64,000 nt of DNA, taken from positions 3,584,001 to 3,648,000 of the forward strand of contig CBDBDQ010000005.1 in the NCBI GenBank assembly GCA_965203905.1, given 5' to 3'. The position numbers and the translations under genes were made by a program. The notes beneath the pieces were generated by a model that did no database searches, was not told where the DNA came from, and saw only the letters and a program-made list of their open reading frames with translations. Source of the DNA: Spirochaetia bacterium (GTDB taxonomy: Bacteria > Spirochaetota > Spirochaetia > SZUA-6 > Bin103). Below, piece after piece: positions 51,159 through 59,181 of this stretch; position 1 is the stretch's first letter, and every line of letters begins with the position of its first letter.

Positions 51159-51255
51159 ACTGGTGAGCGTGATGGGTGGTGACTCCGGACGCGCCAATTC
51201 GCCCGCGCCCTCCATGGCGCGGGACGCCTGTGTTGGGCCCCATGGACGGGGCCCA

Positions 51256-51286
51256 CGAACGGACGACGCGTCAGTCGTGTGATGAG
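51256..51286 (+). repeat. Inverted repeat pair C, left arm
   Basis: 29/31 match to the reverse complement of 57154-57184. Confidence 0.85.
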
Positions 51287-51755
51287 TTACCTGTAGACTT
51301 CGGCGACTCGGTCGGCGGTGCTCGATGATGCGCAGACACTTCGATGCCAGGCGCTGCTTCCAGCTGACCGGCCAGGTCACGCACATACCCAGCCCGGCGC
51401 TCGCCGACCTGGTCGGGCGCGTTCCGGGTGCGCCTCCGGAGCGGCCGACGGGCTCCCAGCCCACGACCTCCCTCTCGCGGGCCGGGAGCTACGTACCACC
51501 CGTGGCGCCAGGGAGGGCGCCATCGGGTGGAGGTCACCGAGCATCCGGCGTGACACGCGCGGGCTCGCCGCATGCGGTGTGGTGAGGCTCACCGCTTTCC
51601 AGACTGGCGCGCGCTCGAACCGTTTGCACGCCAGCTGCCGAGCAAGTGGATACTGGAATGCTGGGACCGGATCGATGGGACGATGGGATCGGAGCTGTTG
51701 GCAGGATTGTCGCGCTCGCGAGAGAGTGCACCGTTCGGGGTTTGAGTCGACGAGT

Positions 51756-52062
51756 ATGAAGTGCCATGAAGACAGTCAGCGCAGTGGCCCGTTGGCGGTC
51801 ACGTTCGGTGACCTCCGAGTCGTTGACAGGGTGGTCGCGCCCACGCTAGCATGCCTCGCCTGGGGTTCGACGGATCGATGATGACGCGCCATGAGGACAG
51901 CCAGCGCAGTGACCGGTTGGCGGTGACGTTCGCTGACCTCCGAGTCGTTGACAGGGTGGTCGCGTCCATAGCAAGCTCGCCTCGCCTGGGGCGACGGATG
52001 CCGATGAAGCGCCATGATGACAGTCAGCGCAGTGACCGGTTAGTTGTGACGCAGCTGACGGT
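51756..52062 (+). repeat. ~124-bp tandem repeat, 2.5 units
   Basis: Units start at 51756, 51881 and 52004 (ATGA...GCCATGA.GACAG.CAGCGCAGTG...). Confidence 0.9.
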
Positions 52063-52141
52063 CCACTCACCACTCACCACTCACCACTCACCACTCACCA
52101 CTCACCCGCTCACCCGCTCACCCGCTCACCACTCACCCGCT
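52063..52141 (+). repeat. Microsatellite (CCACTCA)6(CCCGCTCA)3...
   Basis: Visible directly in the sequence. Confidence 0.9.
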
Positions 52142-52618
52142 AGTCGCCCAGCCAACCGCACGGCAGCCGAGTGCGCGGCGCCGGTGCTGAGCGCGGCGAC
52201 AGCGATCCGCGTGGCGCACACCCGCTACACATCCGTGCGTCTAACGGCCGACGAAGTCGGCCGCAAACTCCACCGGTCCACCCCAGCATGCGTAGCGACG
52301 CTTGCCGGCACCTCTATACAGACAACCGACACATCTGTGCCCGACCAGAGTTGTCGACGACGGATGCGCGCTAGCCGCGGCACCGGCTGGTCCGATGGCC
52401 AAGCCACCGTTCTGTCAGGTCACCCAATAGCTCAAAAAAAAGGAGGTGCAAAATGATACTCAAAGAACCTTACGCGCGTGCGGCGTGAGCCGGGTGAACC
52501 CGTTGAGTCACACGCCGCGCGCTATTCGTGTATTGGACTCAGACGGGCAGAGCCCGCGTTGCGGGCGCGAGAGTAGCCAGGGAGCGGCAGGCCGCTCCGC
52601 AATACTCTCAAGATCAAA

Positions 52619-54430
52619 ATGATGGACAAAACAATGAAAATCTTTTTTGCAAGGACCTTCGCGATTGCGTTGGTCCTGATTCTGAGCGCAACCGGCCTCT
52701 GGGCCGCTGGCGCAGAAGAGGAGCGGGCAGCCGCTGCCGACAAGAGGTATGTGACCGACCCCACCACCGGGAAGGTGGTGACCGCGCCAGAGTACGGCGG
52801 GATAATCACCTTTGCCAGGCGGGGTGACCCTCCGCATTGTGACTCCTTTTTCTCGCACGCGCCGGGAGTGGTCACTAGTGGCGTTGCCGAGAAGCTAGTC
52901 CACGGGAACTGGGGAATAGATAGGGACGAACGCGACTTTCGGACTGGCTTCAATCCTCCATCTGCCATGATAGGACAACTGGCTGAAAGCTGGGAACAGC
53001 CCAACGACACAACTTATATCTTCAACATCCGCCAGGGCGTTCACTGGCATGATAAGCCCCCGATGAACGGTCGGGAGTTAACTGCCAAGGATATAGAATA
53101 TAACTATCAGCGTTATACTGGTATAGGCAGCGGCTTCACCGAACCTAGCCCCTATATTGGGGATATGCTCACCCGTGAGCCATGGGAATCGATAACCGCT
53201 ACCGACCAATGGACGGTTGTTTTTAAGCTGAAGAGGCCATCAGCCACTGCGCTCCATACTATCTTCGATAGCGCGTACAATTTTATATACCCCCCCGAGG
53301 TAATCGAGCAATACGGTGACTTAAAGGATTGTAAGAACCTGGTCGGCACCGGGCCCTTTATGCTAACTGAGTTGGTCGAGGGCAGCTCTGCGACCTGGAT
53401 GAAGAATACTGACTACTGGGGCTACGACGAAAAGTACCCAGAGAACCGCCTGCCCTACGTTGACGAGTTAAGGGGCCTGATTATGCCAGAAGACCCAACA
53501 CGTCTGGCGGCACTGCGCACGGGTAAGATTGATTACCTAGGTCACCTCGGCACCTCTCAAATATTTACTATCGACGAGGCAGAGAGCCTCCGGCGGACCA
53601 ACCCTGAAATCGAACTGCATACGTTTGTCTTGCGGTCAGAAAACTCTTTTGTTGCTGGCATACGCCCCGACAACCCGCCCATTAACGACCTCAAGGTACG
53701 CATAGCAATGCAGAAGGCGTTGGACCTTGAGACAATTAACAATACCTACTTTAGGGGTTGGGCAGACTGGAAACCTATGGGGATTAATGGCACTGGTTTA
53801 AAGGGGTATCACATCCCATTTGACGAGTGGCCCGAAGAGCTCAAGCGAGAATATACCTATGACCCGGAAGGGGCCGAAGCGCTCCTTGATGAGGCCGGGT
53901 ATCCGCGCGGCGCCGACGGCATTAGATTCAAGACCGTCTTGAACCACCTCGATCGGTGGGATTTAGGCTTTAGAGAATTGGTTGCCTCCTACTGGGCTGA
54001 GATTGGCGTTGATGTTGAGATTAGGGAGATGGACGGAACCAAAATTGGCGCTATGATACGCGAACATACTTATGAAGGTATCGCCGATGGAACTCCGGGC
54101 TACGAGGAGGGACCTCTGAAGCAGGTAGCCTGGTTTACCTCGGACTCATCATGGAACCCCCCTAATGTCAGTGACCCGGTTTATGACGCCATGATTGAAG
54201 CCGCCGAAGCTGCTACCGGTGAGGAGCAGAAGAGGCTGATTACAGAGGCAGATATGTACGTTATAAAAAACCACTGGTTTATATGGGGTGGTAGAGCTCC
54301 ACAGTTTAGCGCGAACCAGCCGTGGCTCATAGGTCATAACGGTGAAATGGCACTAGGAACCATGGACTTTATTGGCCCCTTCGCCCGCTTCTGGATTGAT
54401 TCCGAGCTGAAGGAAGCAATGGGTCATTAG
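52619..54430 (+). CDS. ABC transporter substrate-binding protein, family 5 (peptide/nickel)
   Basis: Signal peptide ending LWAAG; LAESWE...IRQGVHWH...GRELTAKD; VGTGPF. Confidence 0.93.
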   Translation: MMDKTMKIFFARTFAIALVLILSATGLWAAGAEEERAAAADKRYVTDPTTGKVVTAPEYGGIITFARRGDPPHCDSFFSHAPGVVTSGVAEKLVHGNWGIDRDERDFRTGFNPPSAMIGQLAESWEQPNDTTYIFNIRQGVHWHDKPPMNGRELTAKDIEYNYQRYTGIGSGFTEPSPYIGDMLTREPWESITATDQWTVVFKLKRPSATALHTIFDSAYNFIYPPEVIEQYGDLKDCKNLVGTGPFMLTELVEGSSATWMKNTDYWGYDEKYPENRLPYVDELRGLIMPEDPTRLAALRTGKIDYLGHLGTSQIFTIDEAESLRRTNPEIELHTFVLRSENSFVAGIRPDNPPINDLKVRIAMQKALDLETINNTYFRGWADWKPMGINGTGLKGYHIPFDEWPEELKREYTYDPEGAEALLDEAGYPRGADGIRFKTVLNHLDRWDLGFRELVASYWAEIGVDVEIREMDGTKIGAMIREHTYEGIADGTPGYEEGPLKQVAWFTSDSSWNPPNVSDPVYDAMIEAAEAATGEEQKRLITEADMYVIKNHWFIWGGRAPQFSANQPWLIGHNGEMALGTMDFIGPFARFWIDSELKEAMGH

Positions 54431-54559
54431 AGGCTTCATCCCCCTTTTTTTGCGAGTTGGGGAGCCGCCTCCGAGCGCACTATTGAGCGGCTTCTCGGCT
54501 CCTTTTTCCGCTTGTCTAGGAGAAGAAGGACCAAGGCGAACTGGGAGAACTTATAAGTG

Positions 54560-54905
54560 ATGCCTATGGTCAAATAGAATCAATCGATCTAAAATCGGTG
54601 GTGCTGGATCCTCGCAATCCTTGAAGAGATCCTAGAGGAATCTCCCACGGCAGCAATAAAGGTGCTATGGGAATCGGAGGATCAATCTTGTACTAGCGCT
54701 CTTTGGTCATGTACTGTCGGAAGATGGGAAATTGATTGGAAAAGGGATGAAATGATGTACATAATCGATGGTGAATCGGAACTCGCAGATCAGTTCGGAC
54801 ACTCTCAAGCATTTGCGGCGGGTGATTTTTCATGTTAGCAGGAGGCTAAGACGATGTGGAATGTAGAACGGCCTCTTCTGAAGATCTTTTAATTTTCGCC
54901 GATGA
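54560..54905 (+). pseudogene. Cupin_3/EutQ-like (DUF861) protein with multiple frameshifts
   Basis: Piecewise translation gives ILEESPTAAIKVLWESED...SALWSCTVGRWEIDW / DEMMYIIDGE...FAAGD / TMWNVERPLLKIF. Confidence 0.75.
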
Positions 54906-54927
54906 ATCCCGAAAGGTTCTGGCTGCC

Positions 54928-55893
54928 ATGAGAGCCTACGTCATCAGGCGGCTCTTACTACTCCTCCCCACACTGTTTATCATGTCCGTCCTGGTCTTTC
55001 TGTTGGTCCGCTTGATCCCCGGCGATGTAATAGACGCTATGGTGGGTGAAATTGTGTTCTATGGTAGAGGTGATACAGCAGTAGACCGTGAAGCTCTTGA
55101 GCGCATGCTTGGATTAGACGTACCTGTCTACGTGCAGTATGGACGTTGGATAGGAGATATTATTCTGCATGGCACCCTTGGCGACTCACTGATTGGCGGT
55201 TGGAGAGTGGAGGAGAGGATACTAGGTAGACTGCCGGTAACTATTGAGCTTGGCCTCATGTCGATCGTCATTGGGCTGGTGATAGCACTGCCGGTCGGCA
55301 TCTACTCGGCGATTCGCCAGGATACGGCCCCCGATTTCCTGGGGCGCTCCGTCGCCATCATCGGCCTGGCAACGCCGAACTTCTGGCTGGGGATCATGGT
55401 CATGCTATACCCGGCAGTGTGGTGGGGCTGGTCGCCACCGATGGAACTGATTCGGTTCACGGAAGACCCGCTGGGCAGTCTCGGAGTGTTCATCATTCCG
55501 AGCCTGATTCTGGGTACCTACCTGTCTGCAGCCACCATGCGGATAACGCGGACGATGATGCTAGAGGTGCTGCGGCAGGATTACATCCGGACGGCCTGGT
55601 CGAAGGGTCTCAAGGAGAGGGTGGTTGTGGTGCGGCACGCTGTCAAGAATGCCCTCATCCCGATCGTTACCCTGGTGGGCCTGCAGTTGCCTATCCTGGT
55701 GGGTGGCTCGGTCATCATGGAGAACATATTCAACCTACCGGGGGTGGGTCGTCTCATGGTGGCCGCGCTCACCGACAGAGACTACCCGGTGGTCTCCGGA
55801 GTAAACCTGTTCTTCGGCACGGCGGTCGTGGGGGCCAATCTCATGATCGATCTGGTTTACGGCTACCTGGATCCGCGGGTCCGTTACCAATAG
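54928..55893 (+). CDS. ABC permease (OppB/DppB-like)
   Basis: MRAYVIRRLL, RLPVTIELG, DYIRTAWSKGL, YLDPRVRY. Confidence 0.93.
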   Translation: MRAYVIRRLLLLLPTLFIMSVLVFLLVRLIPGDVIDAMVGEIVFYGRGDTAVDREALERMLGLDVPVYVQYGRWIGDIILHGTLGDSLIGGWRVEERILGRLPVTIELGLMSIVIGLVIALPVGIYSAIRQDTAPDFLGRSVAIIGLATPNFWLGIMVMLYPAVWWGWSPPMELIRFTEDPLGSLGVFIIPSLILGTYLSAATMRITRTMMLEVLRQDYIRTAWSKGLKERVVVVRHAVKNALIPIVTLVGLQLPILVGGSVIMENIFNLPGVGRLMVAALTDRDYPVVSGVNLFFGTAVVGANLMIDLVYGYLDPRVRYQ

Positions 55894-55904
55894 CACGCGC
55901 GGGA

Positions 55905-56780
55905 ATGGCTGCTTTCCTTGTCAGGCTGTGGCGAGAGAAATCACTCGGTGCTATCAGCGGGATCATCATCCTGATATTGATTCTCGTGGCTATCTTTGCC
56001 GATGCTGTGGCCCCGTATGAGTATCTCGAGATACACTTGGCAGACCGGCTGACCGGCTCATCAGCCGCGTATCCGCTGGGTACCGACCACTTGGGACGAG
56101 ACCTGTTGAGCCGCATCATCTACGGGGCGCGGCTGTCGTTGATCGTCGGTCTGTCGGCGACTGCAGTGAATGTCGTGGTCGCCGTGCTGATCGGCGGCAC
56201 GTCAGGATTCTTCGGCGGACGACTCGATCTTGTCGTGCAGAGATTCGTCGATGGCTGGATGGCCATCCCGGGACTGCTGCTGTTGTTGACGATCATGTCC
56301 ATCGTAGGGAAGGGGATGCCACAGCTGATACTGGTCCTGGGGATATCAGGAGGCATCGGCGGCTCGAGATTGATCAGAGGCGCCGTGATAGACATCAAGG
56401 AGAATGCCTATTTCCAGGCGGTCGAGGTGATTGGCGCCTCGAAGTGGCGGACATTCATCGGCCATGTCCTGCCCAACATCATGCCGGTCGTGATCATCGT
56501 CTTCAGCATCAACGTCGGCGGGGTGATCATCAGTGAGGCTTCGCTGAGCTTCCTCGGCTTCGGTCTGCCCCCCGACGTTCCCAGCTGGGGAGCGATGCTC
56601 AGCCGCGAAGGGCGTCAGTACATGCAGCAGGGGCCATGGCTGGCTCTCTGGCCCGGTCTCTGCCTGACGATTGTCGTCTACAGTCTGAACATGTTCGGCG
56701 ACGCGGTGCGTGACCTGCTTGACCCGCGGCTGAGGGGTGGCGGGGGACGCCTGGGAGCCGATGCCGCCAGGTCGGTCTAA
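55905..56780 (+). CDS. ABC permease (OppC/DppC-like)
   Basis: LGTDHLGRD, ISEASLSFLGFG, NMFGDAVRDLLDPRLR. Confidence 0.92.
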   Translation: MAAFLVRLWREKSLGAISGIIILILILVAIFADAVAPYEYLEIHLADRLTGSSAAYPLGTDHLGRDLLSRIIYGARLSLIVGLSATAVNVVVAVLIGGTSGFFGGRLDLVVQRFVDGWMAIPGLLLLLTIMSIVGKGMPQLILVLGISGGIGGSRLIRGAVIDIKENAYFQAVEVIGASKWRTFIGHVLPNIMPVVIIVFSINVGGVIISEASLSFLGFGLPPDVPSWGAMLSREGRQYMQQGPWLALWPGLCLTIVVYSLNMFGDAVRDLLDPRLRGGGGRLGADAARSV

Positions 56781-56824
56781 GAGAGCGCTCCTGCGGCGCC
56801 GCGCCGGGTCGCCGTCCAGCCCAG

Positions 56825-57066
56825 TCAGCAAGGCGAGGTGCGACGGATCGGCCGCTCCAGGCAAGCGTCAAGAACACCCGTGTCTGCCGCTCCGCGGCGC
56901 CGCCGTAGACCCGGTCGAGCATCTCGGTTATATCGTCTCCGCGGTGGTCACGGATAAATTCCTCGAGGGCCAATGCGTAGAGTCGGATTCTGGGCAGGTC
57001 GAACTTTTCCGCAAGCTCTTCCGCCTCCCTGAACAAGCCGTCCGGCAAGGACACGGCGGTCTTCAT
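56825..57066 (-). pseudogene. ChpI/CopG-type RHH antitoxin with damaged 3' end and no toxin partner
   Basis: MKTAVSLPDGLFREAEELA...LYALALEEFI...ITEMLDRVY; the frame then runs on into oppC antisense, implying a frameshift or truncation. Confidence 0.7.
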
Positions 57067-57153
57067 GACACTAGCTAGACGCTGATCTCTCGTACGCCTC
57101 TCATCGGTGCACTCTCGATACTCGTCGCCACAGCGAAGCGGGGCACTATGCAC

Positions 57154-57184
57154 CTCATCAGACGACTGACCCGTCGTCCGTTCG
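57154..57184 (-). repeat. Inverted repeat pair C, right arm
   Basis: CTCATCAGACGACTGACCCGTCGTCCGTTCG. Confidence 0.85.
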
Positions 57185-57222
57185 CGTGATAGGCTCGGGT
57201 CATAGGCTCGACCTTCTCAGCG

Positions 57223-57444
57223 TCACCGGTGAAGGCCTCGAGCACCCTCTGCGGCGGAGGGTGGCTTGGAAGGAGCCTCAGGTTCGGGCCGCCCTCGCCG
57301 GCGCAGTGCGAAGTGCTCGGCAACCTCCGCGAGCTGCTCCACGACGAGCATCTTCTCGCGGAACGACAGCGCCGCGAATCGCTCGCGGTGGCGCCTTCGA
57401 ATCCCTTTGAATGTGGCCAAGCTCCAGTCGACCTCGTCAGCCAT
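57223..57444 (-). CDS. Small hypothetical protein coupled to the nucleotidyltransferase
   Basis: MADEVDWSLATF...ALSFREKM; overlaps the upstream stop; GGAG RBS. Confidence 0.65.
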   Translation of the reverse strand: MADEVDWSLATFKGIRRRHRERFAALSFREKMLVVEQLAEVAEHFALRRRGRPEPEAPSKPPSAAEGARGLHR

Positions 57445-57892
57445 TATCCATCTCCCAATGCAGACTTAGCTCGGCGATATCAGCCAGATCTTGCGGTCGG
57501 GCGGCGTCGCCCTTCATCCGCATGAGGGTCTGCAGGCGGACGATGCGTACCGGTACGTTCGGCGCGATTTCCTGAATCATCGCCGAGGCATACTCGGTAT
57601 CGAAGTCGAACGGTTCGGTGGCGAAAACGTTGACCGGTGTGTGGTGATGTTCGTCACGGTGAAACGACAGCACGGTCACTCCCTTGTCCACTAGCAAGCG
57701 CGCACGGTGCTCGGCGCTGGCAAACTCGCTCGCCGCGACCGGCACGATCGGCCTATAGCCCAGGCTCGCCAGGGCCGCGAACGCAGCGACAATCCGGCCG
57801 GGCTCGAAATTCACGACCAGGTCGATGTCTTGGGTCTGCCGGCTATAGCCGTGCGCGACGACTGCCAGGCCACCGACCACGATGAAGGGCAC
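57437..57892 (-). CDS. Minimal nucleotidyltransferase (Pol-beta superfamily), N-terminus probably damaged
   Basis: VVGGLAV..HG..R.T.DID and K..A.RPQDLADI motifs; homology extends upstream (IVRALNEAE) without an in-frame start. Confidence 0.8.
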   Translation of the reverse strand: MPFIVVGGLAVVAHGYSRQTQDIDLVVNFEPGRIVAAFAALASLGYRPIVPVAASEFASAEHRARLLVDKGVTVLSFHRDEHHHTPVNVFATEPFDFDTEYASAMIQEIAPNVPVRIVRLQTLMRMKGDAARPQDLADIAELSLHWEMDNG

Positions 57893-57937
57893 CTCGGCTT
57901 CGTTGAGCGCGCGAACGATGCTTCTGCTGGTACCCCA

Positions 57938-58525
57938 TCAAACTGTGGTTTGGGGGTCAGCATCGGGGAACGGGTCGGTCAAGCCCGCCTGGAGGGGCAC
58001 TTCGAAGGCGTTCAGGACCAACGAGACCAGGCAGTAATAGCCGATGATGGTGACCAGCTCGATGACGCCGCCTTCACCGAGCAAGTCGACGGCAGTCTGG
58101 TAGGTGGCATCGTCGATGCGGTGGTCGCGCAAGAGCTGCACGGCCAGGTCGTGGCCGGCTGCCTGATCGGCGGGCAGCGACGGTATGCCGCGCTGGCGAA
58201 TGGTCTCGACGGCAGCCGCATCGACTCCCGCCGCCACCGCCATTGGACCATGCATCGCAAACTCGAACTTCGCGCGGTAGTAGGCGCCGACGACGCAGAT
58301 CGCCACCTCTCGTACCTGGTCGCTCAGCGACGTGTCGAACCGGACAGCGGCACCGAGTTGCTGCGCAGGCATGCCGACGTTTGGGGATCGCACCCACACG
58401 CTGAATGGACCGCGCAGGCCGATACTCGGATCCGAGGTGCCACGTGGGCCGGCGTTGATCGCGGCGACCACGGCCCGTTGGCGGTCGGTGAGCTGATCGA
58501 TGTCGAGCGCTGGGAGTCGAGCCAT
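57938..58525 (-). CDS. Carboxymuconolactone decarboxylase/AhpD-like protein
   Basis: GPFSVWVRSP, REVAI, FEFAMH...A..AG, ELVTIIGYY. Confidence 0.88.
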   Translation of the reverse strand: MARLPALDIDQLTDRQRAVVAAINAGPRGTSDPSIGLRGPFSVWVRSPNVGMPAQQLGAAVRFDTSLSDQVREVAICVVGAYYRAKFEFAMHGPMAVAAGVDAAAVETIRQRGIPSLPADQAAGHDLAVQLLRDHRIDDATYQTAVDLLGEGGVIELVTIIGYYCLVSLVLNAFEVPLQAGLTDPFPDADPQTTV

Positions 58526-59181
58526 AGCGCATTATGCCCCGTTACCAGGCGAATGTGGCGTGGCGGTCGGTCGCGAGGGTTCGGTTCAGCTCCAAACGTG
58601 CTCAACTGCGGCGGTTCCTGCGGCAGCACCAGCGCCCGCACTTCGCGGATGAAGAACTGCTTGCACAGCGACCATTCGAAGGGCGCAAGCATGCGTGGCA
58701 GCGGTTCCGCCTCGGCATCGTCGAAGTAGGTCAGGCTCATCGCTACCTGACTTGCGCGGCAACAGTTTACGCAAGCGCCGCATCACGGTCGGGCAGGGTC
58801 ATGGCGGGCCGGAGGTACGTAATTGTCGCGCTACGACGCAGGCAGGATATTCTGGGTCAACGAGGGTTCGGACGTTGAAGGGAACAGCGCAACTCGCGGT
58901 GCCGGCTGGGGCCAAGGACGGGTTGCCGTCGCGGTCCGGGATCTGTCCGGGCGCCAAGGCACGGGCGGCGTGCGTCCTGCACGGCGGATGGGTGCCCAGC
59001 GAGGCTGGCGGCCGGTTCCTGGTGTGGGCCGAAACCGCGCACCGAACGCAACGGCGGCGCGCGGGCGACCATCCGTTTCAACTGCGCCGGGAGCAGCTCG
59101 CGGACGCGCTCGCGGAGACGTGGCCTACACCTGTTCGAAGCATCCGGTCTTGCGTCCAAGCGCGGTTCGGCTTGGGCCGTA

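Noticed and set aside
51756-52062. CRISPR array
   Set aside because: Units are ~124 bp, similar along their whole length with no unique spacers, and no cas genes are present.
58324-58740. 138-aa minus-strand ORF (MSLTYFDD...)
   Set aside because: It overlaps the CMD gene out of frame; at most the first ~45 codons are a gene remnant, and no product can be assigned.
58574-58871. CGAGGGTTCGG direct repeat, with a similar GAGGTTCGG at 63021, as possible island ends
   Set aside because: Only 9-11 bp in GC-rich DNA; compatible with chance.
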